Assembly (NCBI GenBank): GCA_053919585.1
Contig: CM132790.1
DNA: 64,000 bases
Direction: 5' to 3' (one strand)
Origin: Euprymna scolopes
Taxonomy: Eukaryota
This document shows, one piece after another, positions 52,832 through 64,000 of the stretch; positions within the stretch are counted from its first letter, which is position 1; every line of letters starts with the position of its first letter. Position numbers and translations under genes: made by a program. Below the pieces are notes generated by a model that saw only the letters and a list, made by a program, of their open reading frames with translations, was not told the DNA's origin and searched no databases.

Positions 52832-53190
52832 CTAATATATCAACGTCAACTAAAAGTTGTAGAGCGGCGCTAAAGGCTTCAAATGATTGGATTTATTACG
52901 GGCCGTTCTTTTATAGGTTTTTAGCCGGTTGAAATTTTTTGAAGTGGCCAAAAATGGGTCAAAATTAGAAATAATCGTAAAACATTTTGTACATTCATCT
53001 TAATTTGTATTTAATTTTAATTTTTAATCGGTTTATGTGCGTGGCGCGTTGGTAGAGTGGTAACATCACCAGCTTTGAATGCTATAGTTTCGGTTTCTAT
53101 TTACGCCGATAGCACCTAGATATTTTTTTACTTTAGAAATCACGATTATAAAATAATATTTTATGCCCGGTTAAGGCAGGATGCCTCCTG

Positions 53191-53194
<4 letters not shown>
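52831..53194 (+). mobile_element. Short Helitron-like element with an internal tRNA-like segment (53041-53115)
   Basis: TC start after (TA)n; tggtagagtggta box A-like motif; ends gcccgg..gcagg..ctaa. Confidence 0.4.
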
Positions 53195-53264
<70 letters not shown>

Positions 53265-53265
<1 letters not shown>

Positions 53266-54000
53266 TAGCATGGGGGCCCGCATTGCCCAGGTGTTTTGAA
53301 GTGAAAAAAAGGTCAATTCTTTTAAATTTGACCTGTATTATGACCTCTTAAAATTTATTGTTTATGGCTCAAATCAAGTTAAGTTAGATCCATGTCCAAG
53401 GAACCTATATTTAAAATCTCAAGTTCGTAGACCCAAAATTGTCGGAGAAGTTTGGTAGAGTTCTCAAAGGTCAAATCGTTGAACTTTGACCCCTTAATCG
53501 CCAAATTTCTGGTCCCAAACCGATCACATCGATTTTCCCAAATCTCAGTACCCTGTATATCAAATTTCGAGTCTGTAGTCTAAAAATTGAGAGAGTTATT
53601 ACGTAGGGNNNNNNNNNNNNNNNNNNNNNNNNNNNNNNNNNNNNNNNNNNNNNNNNNNNNNNNNNNNNNNNNNNNNNNNNNNNNNNNNNNNNNNNNNNNN
53701 NNNNNNNNNNNNNNNNNNNNNNNNNNNNNNNNNNNNNNNNNGCGTTGCCCGGGTGTTTGGAGGTGTATTCTGAGCAAAAAACAAAAAAACAAAAAAGCGG
53801 TCAATTTTTTAAACTTTGACCCGTATTATGATCCTTTTAAATTTATTGGTTTGGGCTCAAATCAGATTATTAAGTTAAATCCATATCGAAGGAACATTTA
53901 TCTAAAATTTCGGAGGAGTTTGGTAGAGTTCTCAAAGGTCAAATCGCTGAACTTTGACCCCTTAACAGCAAAATTTCTGGCCGAAAACCGATCACATCGA
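53265..54000 (-). mobile_element. Two adjacent Helitron-like copies separated by a gap
   Basis: A|CTAG..cccgcattgcccagg at 53265; second unit starts gcgttgcccggg at 53742; homologous to 10297-10970. Confidence 0.7.
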
Positions 54001-54699
54001 AGCGGTAACTTATACCCCAAATAAAGATGTACAATACAATGTAAAATTTAGATTATATTTATAAATAATACCCGTTATNNNNNNNNNNNNNNNNNNNNNN
54101 NNNNNNNNNNNNNNNNNNNNNNNNNNNNNNNNNNNNNNNNNNNNNNNNNNNNNNNNNNNNNNNNNNNNNNNNNNNNNNNNNNNNNNNNNNNNNNNNNNNN
54201 NNNNNNNNNNNNNNNNNNNNGCTTATCCGTCTAAACTACTGTCAGTTTTTGATCTACACAATTGAATCTGTATTTGAAATTGTCCAACAAATTCGATTTG
54301 ATTTTTACACGCTATAAATAGTTAAGGTGAAAAGTTGTAAAAAAAAAAAACGGAACTTTGCAGATGTAGGTTGACTACACGTATTAAATTTACGCATGCG
54401 AAAACATACATTTACACTTCAAACAATGTAATATTTAAGAGATGTTATATGCGTATGGACTAAGCTAATTAATAACGCTGTAGGGCTATATGCTTTAGTT
54501 TCGATTCTAGGTGATGCCTCCCCCCCAGTCAGATATATATATTTTAAAATGACGTTCGATGGTTAATGACAACGTTTTCAAAACGAAAAATATAATGTAA
54601 CTATTTTACTCACTTAGTTGATTTTTTTAATTTAAATTTTCTTCCTTTGAAGATTGTAACGCTAAGTATGGGGCAGCCAAACCAGTTGCCAACATTATT

Positions 54700-54945
54700 G
54701 AAACCAACTGAGAACTCTTTTTCGTATCCTCGTTGTTCCCTTAAGTGCAATTGTCTGGACCTATTTTGCATTTCGTTCACCAGGAATATTAGTTAGGTAG
54801 GACTTCAGGTTCTTCTTCACAAGCCCTGCGGCACCTATAATAACTTGTTTGATTGATATCTCCCTAATACTTCAGTTTCTTTTCATATAATACATGAGAC
54901 CTTGATATTTGGTCTGTTTCTCTCTTTCAGCTTTGTTCAGACCCC
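54700..54945 (-). mobile_element. REL-endonuclease LINE remnant (second R4-like family)
   Basis: KAEREKQTKYQGL..IIGAAGLVKKNLKSYL..IALKGTTRIRKRVL. Confidence 0.65.
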
Positions 54946-55270
54946 ACTTCAACCAAGGTTGCAATTCTCTCTGACTTATTCCTTATAACTATATCAAGTT
55001 TCACAGCAACATTTTCGAGGTAGGTGTCTAATTCAAACATTCAATCATTTTCGAAGCACATAGTATTCAGGCTAAATCGCTCACTAATAATTTGACAAAT
55101 GTATTACTTAATAAAACTGAATATTTTATGCAGAGAAATTCTTTTATTTTTTAAAATTTATTATGTAGATTATAATAAAAGTGTTGGTAAAAATGCAGTT
55201 TATGTTGGCGTACCGCCTGAATTGTAATGCTTCCACAAAAAAACTAGTGTACTCATATCTATCAGCGTGT

Positions 55271-55338
<68 letters not shown>

Positions 55339-56319
55339 TATGTATGTATGGGTATATATAGAAACAAAATAAAAGCTAACTTAACAACTATTTGTAAAGC
55401 TTTAGTATTTAAACATATAAAGATATAAATTAAATAAATGAATATCCAATTTGATATAACTAGAAAAAGCCAGTGTTAATTTCAAAACAAAAAGATATAA
55501 TTTAAAAAATAAACAAAAAATTGAACGCCAAACGTCGTGTTTTATAGATAGACAATAAGACCGACCCAATTCAGTAAAGCTTTTCACCATATTTGAGACA
55601 CTTTTAAATGACTTGAATTATAAAATTGTTATTATCGTCTTCTGACACCCTTGTTTGTTACATGTCAACTGTTGTCATCCCTCCCTTTCTCCCTCTTACT
55701 GAATTCATATTCCCTCTTATTACTCCTTCTAATCCTTCCTCAAACTATAATTTTACGCCCCCTTTTTTAACTGAAATTTTATTTTTGTAATTAAATTTAA
55801 CTCCATAATAACATTAGCCTTGCTTCACACCAGTCATGGGAAAGCATTTTTCCTCTCCACTAAAATTGAATATGGTCTCGAATCCTTTTTAATGTTTGAA
55901 TTTTTAAATCTTCTTGCCTGGTGAGATCAATTATAATCGAAACGGTCTGCACATTGTAGCAAGATATGACTTTATTTACATAAAGAATAATAATAAAATT
56001 TATTTTTAAATTGAATTATTCGTTATTTTNNNNNNNNNNNNNNNNNNNNNNNNNNNNNNNNNNNNNNNNNNNNNNNNNNNNNNNNNNNNNNNNNNNNNNN
56101 NNNNNNNNNNNNNNNNNNNNNNNNNNNNNNNNNNNNNNNNNNNNNNNNNNNNNNNNNNNNNNNNNNNNNNNNNNNNNNNNNNNNNNNNNNNNNNNNNNNN
56201 NNNNNNNNNNNNNNNNNNNNNNNNNNNNNNNNNNNNNNNNNNNNNNNNNNNNNNNNNNNNNNNNNNNNNNNNNNNNNNNNNNNNNNNNNNNNNNNNNNNN
56301 NNNNNNNNNNNNNNNNNGA

Positions 56320-59300
56320 TACCCATAGAAACAGTTTCTTTCAATAAACATAAAACTTATAGAACAAAATCCAAATATCAATGGTTACAAATTAAATGTC
56401 TAATAATGGGTTGACATTGTCTTTGTTGATTTTAATGGAGGGAGCCTTCCAGATATCGCATTGTTCAGTTGACGAATATCATTTGGAGTAATTTCCTGCC
56501 ATATCTGACGCAATAATGCTAAGTGATCTAGGATTTGAAGATGGCTTCTTTTTCTTTTTGCGAAGGTTGGGTTTATATCCGGAGAATGACTTGGCCATGG
56601 AAGCTTACTAATCCCATTTTGGTTCAGCTAATGTCGAATCACCCTAACAGAGTGCCAAGCAGCTTCGCCATCCTTAAATAGTGAGTTAACTTCATTTATT
56701 TTACAACTTGAAAATATTGGTAGGAATATATATTAAAACATATTTAGCAGCAGAATTGATGTCGTCCATCAAGTTTGAGCAACCATCACTCAAACTGTTC
56801 TCTATACCATAACCAAGACACCCCCATGTTTCCGCATTGGCTGCCGTCTTTTTAAGGCAAACTCTTACTGAGGAAGCTTCCAAACCCATACCCTTCCACT
56901 GTCGGGAAATAATGCAAATTTTAACCTAAGAGAGAAAATTACATTAGTACAAAAGATCATAGGTGTCTCCAATATTTTCTAATACTGTTATTCGTATGAT
57001 GAAGAAGACGTTCCTCTTCTCACAGCTCTACCATAGTAGTCCACCTTGTGAAGATACCTGACAACTGTTCTTGGACTGAACCAGCTTCTATTGCAATGTC
57101 AGAAGCTTTGTACCAAGGACCCTCTTCAGTATTTTATTTCACAAGACACACGCTTCTTTCAGGAACGCCAGCAACCAAATAGGATCCTGAACAGAAGTGT
57201 GCGTTCTATTATCCCAACCATTATGAAGGACCAGAGGTCATCTCCTCAGCTTCAAATAAGGCCACGCTATTTGCCAAAAACTTTGCAGCTAATTCTACCC
57301 TATGCGACGAAGGCCATCAACTCCCCATATTTCCTCCTATAACACAGAACATGCTAGATAATATACAAATATCCGTGCATGAGCTCGCCAAGCTAATCAA
57401 GAACCTTGATTCCAGTATAGAAACTGGCTTTGACGGCATCCCAATTATAGTGTTAAAAAAGCTTCAACCAGAACTTGCTCCCATACTTACGAAACTGTTT
57501 AAACGTTGCCTTAAGGAGAAGTGCTTTCCAACACCCCGGAAAAAATCATCAATATGCCCTGTATTTAAGAACTCAGGTGATAAGTCATCTCCCTCTCAGT
57601 ACAGACCAATAAGTCTCCTGTGTGTCATGAGTAAGTTGCTGGAATCCACATTAAATAGAGAAATAGTCAACTACCTCAGCAGAAATAACCTTCTTAGTGA
57701 CACGCAATATGGTTTCCGTTCTGCAAGATCTACCGCAGATGTGTTAACGGTTATAACTCATAGGATTAGTGAATCTCTTGACAAAGGCTTCCTTTCCAGG
57801 GCAATTGCTCTTGACATATCAAAGGCCTTCGACAAAGTATGGCATAAAGGCCTAATTCACAAGATCTCCAGCTACAGTATAACTGGAAATATTCTGTATA
57901 TCATTAAATAATTTTTCTCTGATAGGTTCATAAGAGTAGTGGTTGATGGACAAAAATCAGAGGCCTGCAGTATTAATGCTGGAGTCCCTCAAGGGTCCAT
58001 CCTGGGCCCAACTCTCTTCCTGATCTACATCAATGATCTCCCTAAACACATACTTAAATCATTCGTTGACATCTATGCTGATGACACAACCATCTACAGC
58101 AACACATCAAAGGCCGTAAATGACAAAGCTTTCTCTGATTCTCTCTCTTCTAATCTCGAACGAGTTGTTCAGTGGGGGAAGACGTGGCTGGTTACCTTTA
58201 ATGCATCTAAAACCAAACTCCTATCTTTACATCATCAGCGCTCTGATCCCCATCTGGCATCAATTGTGATTGATGGCCCTCATCTAGGAGAAGCCCCATG
58301 TTTTGACAAGCTTCTGGGTTCGACATTTTCTCATGATCTGAAATGGAACACGTACATCAAGTCTGTTGCCAAGGTCGCTGGAAAGATGGTGGGATCCTCC
58401 TACCGCTCCAGAAGATATCTCACTACTGATGCAATTCTCTATCCTCATAAAAGCCAAGGACGTCTAAGGATTGAATGCTGCTACCATATCTGGGCAGGAG
58501 CTGCCAAAAACAGCCTATCCTGCCTTAACAGAGTACAAAATAGACTTCATGGCTTAGTGGGGGATGCCCCTTTCTCTTCCCTGCAACCTCTCTCCCACAG
58601 AAGAGACGTTGCAAGCCTCTCTTTGTTTTATCGTTATTTCCATAGCAGGTGATCGTCTGAACTCCAATCTCTGGTCCCCCCTCACCAATCTTTTACAAAA
58701 AACACCCGTATAGCTGAATCCACTGTCAAAAACTTTCCCCACTCTTTATCTATGCCTAAATCAAAACGTAGATTCCACGAACACAGCTTCTTTCTTAGAA
58801 CTGCACACCTGTGGAACTCTGTTCCGTCTGCCTTCTTCCCTCCTGACTACAACTTGGATGTATTCAAGTCCAACGTAAACTAATTCCTGATTAATTGCCC
58901 CCATAAGTAGACACTAACGTACTGTACTTACAATAACCCTTATCCCTGAGTGGCTTTGATAAGCGGTGACCACCTTGTAAAAAAAAGAAAAGAAAAAAAA
59001 AGTGGACCCCGGGCGATCTGGATCAGGTTTTGTGTAGTCTTGGTCATTTCTTGTGAATCGTACGATCATGCTATTAAAAGTAGAAAGAGGCATTGAAAGA
59101 TTTTCTGCTATTTTACGTTGACTAGGATTACCTTCATTTTTACCCACAATTCAACGTCTTTCTTTTTTGTCCGATGCGCCCCTGATTCATGGCATGCTTA
59201 AATGTTATTTGATACAATTTAAATAAAATGCTGTTAGTTGTTTCAGCACTATTTTTATCTGTAAATGTAAATAAGCATACATTAATCTTAGGAAAAATAT

Positions 59301-59337
59301 TTATCTGTGTCTAATCTTTTATGTCATGTTTGTGTGT
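56320..59337 (-). mobile_element. Tc1-like transposon split by a CR1 insertion
   Basis: N-terminal SQRKIAENLSMPLSTFNSMIVRF..RPG at 59002-59195; SPRTVVRYL..YGRAVRR, VWVW..KHGG and WPSHSPDINP..IWQEI at 56405-57160. Confidence 0.8.
57165..59001 (+). mobile_element. CR1-group LINE, 5'-truncated, with an almost complete RT pseudogene and poly(A)
   Basis: YRPISLL, QYGFR, LDISKAFDKVWH, GVPQGSILGPTLF, YADD, FNASKT and LSHRRDVASLSLFYRYF; a few stops. Confidence 0.96.
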
Positions 59338-59506
59338 AGATATCTTTCTATCTATCTATTTGTATGTCTCTAAAATTCATAATAATTAGTTTATATAGTT
59401 TAGAAGCTTAACCCGCGCAAAAACTATGTGTCCATGTCCTGAAGTTATCAAAAATATTAAAAAAGTATTGGACTATTAGTTTAGGATGTTACGATCCACA
59501 AATATA

Positions 59507-59870
59507 CGAGGGTCTTTCTAAAAGTAAAGGCTCTAATTTTTTTTAACTCAATACGTCCAAGACAATGGGGACAGAAGTGGTATTATTAAGACAATCGAGA
59601 TTTTGTGCTCCAGAACTTATTTTTCTACATCGTCACCACATTGTCAATGCAAATGTTAGAAATTCAATGATGCATCTACTTTTAACAGACAGACGTTCAT
59701 GAAAGCACTTGTTTCTCAGAGTTTAATACCGTCAATATCTGCATCAGAGATGAACTCCAAGGTTTTGAATGCATAATTTTAATCATTATAGCAATACAAA
59801 TTGCAATCCTCTATGATCCATTCGGGTGTATTAAAATAAATAGGAGGCGTTACGTTTGGAACTCTCTCTA
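59507..59870. mobile_element. Mariner-type remnant with TIR-like ends
   Basis: TA-cgagggtctttctaaaagtaa at the left; the right end is homologous in inverse orientation to the 3715 and 14337 fragments. Confidence 0.5.
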
Positions 59871-60998
59871 TATATACGTATCACTTAAATGTTAGCTGTA
59901 TCATAGGTTATAATCAGGATTCGGTTCTGGGGTTGGGGAAGGAGTGAGTCACTCTCTCGATAACAGCACGTTTCTGCCCTCTTCTTTTCCAATCGACCAC
60001 ACCTGGCCTCTCGCCCCCAATGTCACACCGCACAATCCCAACGTCAGCAATACAAAATTCTTTTCAAGAGAAGATGTTCACGACTCTTTTCTCTCTGCTC
60101 CTCCAGGGAATTTTCCCCTGCTTTTATATCCTCCTATCTAGAAAAACAAACAAAGAGACAGGGGGAAAAATAGCTTCTCCCATCATGCTATGCCTTCCCA
60201 AGATGCCCTTCGCGTATACAAATGCGCTCGCCATCCTTTCCTTCTTCTTTCCCAAAGAGAGATGCAGATAAGCCCGGTACGTTTCTTTTTTTTCTTCTTT
60301 TTTTCTAACCATATACCCCACATTGTGGCTAGGCTAACATCTAACCCAAGCTTAGAGCGAACCTACAACTATTTTGTTCAATTCTCCGGCTCATAGATAC
60401 GCGCCTGCAAACGATCTTATTAAATATCTATTCATAGAAGTATTTTGACCGCTATATTTATAGGTGTGTAATGCTAAAAAATGCATAAAGCTAATGACAG
60501 CATCTTTGATGCCTCTTGAGACAAATAAGAATTTGATATCGTGGAAAATTGTGCAAATCATTGCCAATAAAGTTAGGTTAACGTTTATATTTACGCATTG
60601 TTTTGTCACTTAATGTAGCTAGACATTGTTAGTCAGATTCATTAAGCTCTTTTACGTGTTGTTGTAACTTTTATACGAGAGCGTTGTAGACCATGATAGA
60701 TTCATGTGTTGTTGCTTTCGTAATTGTCTTCTTGGTCCGTGTTCCTGGGCGAAACGGAATGTTGTAGAAAAACGAATGAAATCGACGCTCACCAAACCTT
60801 TATTTCCGTCTGAATAAACGGACACTTACGCGCGTAAATCAATTTATTGTTCGTCTGATGTGAATTAATTCCCGGGTGCGCCGTTTCGTCCCTTTTCAAT
60901 GTTGTCAAGATGTTTCTAAAATAAAGCCGAATCGAACTTTCCGTGCAAAGTTGATAATCGTTCCCGATTATTAGTATTGACTTTAACGGCAAAGGTAC

Positions 60999-61058
<60 letters not shown>

Positions 61059-61099
61059 GGGAAGAGAGAGTCTTATAGAAAGTGGGGAGGGAAATAGAC

Positions 61100-61163
<64 letters not shown>

Positions 61164-61179
61164 AAACAGAGGCCTACAA

Positions 61180-61470
61180 TCTCCAATCTCTGAGCGGCAA
61201 TCTCTGGTCGCCAATCTTTCACGAAAAACACCCGTTTAGCTGAAACCACTCTCATTTATTTTCCCCACTCGTTATCTGTGCCCAAATCCAAGCGTAGATT
61301 CCATGAGCAGAGTTTCTTTTTTTAGAAGTACACGACTGTGGAACTCTCTTGCGTCTGCCTGTTTCCCATCTGACTTCAACTTGGATGTCTTCAAGTCCAA
61401 CATAGTCAAATTCCTGAAAAACCGTCCCCTTAAGTAAGACACTTTATCAAATCTAATAAAGAAAGAAAAA
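61180..61470 (+). mobile_element. CR1-group LINE 3' fragment
   Basis: Matches 58660-58915. Confidence 0.88.
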
Positions 61471-63146
61471 AAGCATGCCGGGAAATAGAGAGGAGGAGAG
61501 ACTATAGTTGATATAGATTTGATCATGACTAGGATAATTAGTTTTTGTAGATTATGTCGTATGTTTGAAAGTTATTAAAGAATCCATAGGAAAATCATTT
61601 GTCATTACTCATAATTTTTATATTGCAAATAGAGCATAATGCATATTAAAATAGACAAATGATTGTCATTGACCGTCAGAAGCNNNNNNNNNNNNNNNNN
61701 NNNNNNNNNNNNNNNNNNNNNNNNNNNNNNNNNNNNNNNNNNNNNNNNNNNNNNNNNNNNNNNNNNNNNNNNNNNNNNNNNNNNNNNNNNNNNNNNNNNN
61801 NNNNNNNNNNNNNNNNNNNNNNNNNNNNNNNNNNNNNNNNNNNGATTTGAAATAAAATCACTCGACCACCGGTTGAGTCTGAGGAAAAAATTACTCGCCC
61901 CCAAATATTTGTACTCGTCCGACTCTATGTCGTTGTTTCAGTCCATAATAGTAAATAATTTTTCAACAATTCAAGAAATTACCGTATGTATAATCTAACA
62001 AGAAACTATTTGTTTAACTCTTGTAAATCAACTATTTTATTACTATAAACATTTCGGTAAATATTCAACAAAACGTTAAAATACAACACCAGTTTCTTTA
62101 TATAGCATCATTCATATTATTGTTCCATAGAAATAAGAATCATTTCTTCAGATGCTTGACGGAACGATGCGTTTTTTTTCCTCTCTCAAATGTTCGTCGT
62201 TACTTTTGTAAGCATGAAGTGTATGTAGTTGTAGCGTCGAAGATTTTTTTTTTCAAATAAATTTCAAAATCAGAGCGCTAAATGAAAGCGATATTTTGAC
62301 TACACGCCGAATGTGTCAATTTGACCTCTTGTTGACCTTTAGCGTGACCACTCTTTTTTCAATACGATATTCCAACGGTCTCACAGCTAGAGATGAAAGA
62401 ATTCACAAATGATGAGACATAGGTCATTCTAAGTCACCGCATATTTTAAAGTCGTAAAATGAGTTTTCCCGTTTCTTTATTTAAAGAAATTTTAGTGACT
62501 GGCGGGCGAGTGATTTACGACTTTTAGTCGCCTCAAGAAATTTTCAATCGACTGTGGCGACCGATAGTGTAAAGTCGCAAAGACTGTATTTATGGATAGT
62601 AGACACACCATTTGGAGCTAGAGGGGTGGCTTGCTCCAAAGAATAGCTTAGTGTGAGTGCAGGTTAGTTAAATAAGGATGTGTGATCAGTAATGAACGCC
62701 TGTTCGCTGTTGGAAACTGGAGAAATTGCATAAAAAATGACGCCAGTAACATCTTCATTTGCTTACATCTAAAAGACATGTGATAGACACTAAGTTCCCA
62801 GTAAGGGAAGATTAGTCATAAGAGGATAATACTTGTACATGTAGTTTTTGTCGGAAGTGGGATAATCAGTCATACAGGGAATATATTAACTCAATATTCG
62901 TTGCGAACTATCGTATTCTCTTTGAGGAAACAGCGGTTATAATTTGGAACCTGTTTTGTCCAACTTTAGGAACCATTAATGCGAAGGCCAGACATAGACG
63001 GTCATTCAGCTAANNNNNNNNNNNNNNNNNNNNNNNNNNNNNNNNNNNNNNNNNNNNNNNNNNNNNNNNNNNNNNNNNNNNNNNNNNNNNNNNNNNNNNN
63101 NNNNNNNNNNNNNNNNNNNNNNNNNNNNNNNNNNNNNNNNNNNNNN

Positions 63147-63189
63147 GCACTGAAGATTCCCGGAAGGAGGAAACACTAGTGTCTATAGG
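63147..63189 (+). ncRNA. Type I hammerhead ribozyme; 5' strand of stem I partly in the gap
   Basis: gca-CTGAAGA-ttcc(cggaa)ggag-GAAA-cactagt-GTC-tatagg. Confidence 0.8.
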
Positions 63190-63478
63190 TATTTAATTAT
63201 TATAGTAAAAATAAATCATGGCAGCCCTTTTAAAAAAACTCGGTTCTTATCGTTGAGCACTTTCAGTTGAATAATGTCGGTCAATTTAGCTTTTATGTAT
63301 AAATCATCGTATAACGATTATATCACTGTTCTGACGTAAAGAAGATTTAAAATGAAAATGTTTAAATTTAACGTTATTTCCCGCGGTTACTTGTAATGGT
63401 ATGTGGTCTTTGCTAATCGGGCCAGAGATGGCTTGTGTTGCCGGGTTCGAATCTGTCATCTGGTGTTACTCGTGACAC

Positions 63479-63533
63479 CCTGCACTGAAGATTACTGAAG
63501 ATTACCGAATGATGAAATACTTGTGTCTGTAGG
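63479..63533 (+). ncRNA. Type I hammerhead ribozyme with a duplicated CTGAAGA box
   Basis: cctgca-CTGAAGA-tta-CTGAAGA-tta..tgat-GAAA-tacttgt-GTC-tgtagg; cctgca pairs with tgtagg. Confidence 0.7.
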
Positions 63534-63553
63534 TATTCAATTATTATAGTTAA

Positions 63554-63603
<50 letters not shown>

Positions 63604-64000
63604 CCTATGTATATTATATGTATAACTTGTTATTATAACATTTATGAAAATGCCCTACCAATAAGCCTTGTATTTTATTCGGTTATCGACCTAAACCCAT
63701 CTGTGAGTCGTTTTTTTTTGCAATATGAGAATGTTTTTTTTATTCATTTGTATTTATCACGTGTAATTTGGCAAAACGTATTCTATTTGTGTTTTATGAG
63801 ATGTTAAACGTCGCTCGTACATTTTATGTCGGAACAGTAAACAGATTAATGCTTCATTTAGCAATTCAATGCTTTATAGATGGATAACATATTTATGTTT
63901 TCTTTTTCTAAACTACTCGCCGTCACATAACATCTACCAAAATGTGAGTCGACTCTGAATATTAGTTTACAAATTACTTTAATTACTTTTAAACGAAGCT

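Larger units (their letters stand above)
63147..63560 (+). mobile_element. Tandem 344-bp unit: hammerhead, spacer, tRNA-like Pol III head, hammerhead
   Basis: Direct repeat of 63147-63212 at 63482-63558; box A-like tgtaatggta at 63392; box B gggttcgaatc at 63443. Confidence 0.7.

Noticed and set aside
61844-62586. Possible hAT-type MITE with ctcgcc/gtcgcc subterminal motifs
   Set aside because: The left end is in a gap, so TIR and TSD cannot be shown.
7098-63807. Most short ORFs in the track (YIYI, ERER, IIII and X-rich)
   Set aside because: They are artefacts of microsatellites, N-gaps or antisense TE frames.

Overview
AT-rich draft eukaryotic (invertebrate animal) sequence with 12 N-gaps and many (TA)n, (TAA)n, (GA)n and (CA)n microsatellites. 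The repeat complement is compatible with a mollusc such as a cephalopod, but that is inference only. I could not identify an intact host gene. The window is mostly layered transposon remnants: a near-complete mariner with TIRs, a maT-like and a Tc1 fossil, a hAT fossil, a Merlin with an 8-bp TSD and nested inserts, many non-autonomous Helitrons plus a PIF1-helicase remnant, CR1-group, RTE and R4/Dong LINE fragments, a Penelope-like GIY-YIG element, and 5S- and tRNA-derived SINE heads. The main unexplained signals are at the RNA level. (1) A ~165-nt sequence occurs twice (6.1 and 16.3 kb) and keeps four hairpins through compensatory changes around an invariant Sm-site-like AATTTTTG; both copies sit near Helitron-like 5' ends. 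(2) Several elements join a tRNA-type Pol III promoter to a type I hammerhead ribozyme, one of them as a 344-bp tandem unit. (3) Well-formed hammerheads lie in the inverted repeats of the Penelope element. Boundaries of degraded repeats are approximate and read by eye.
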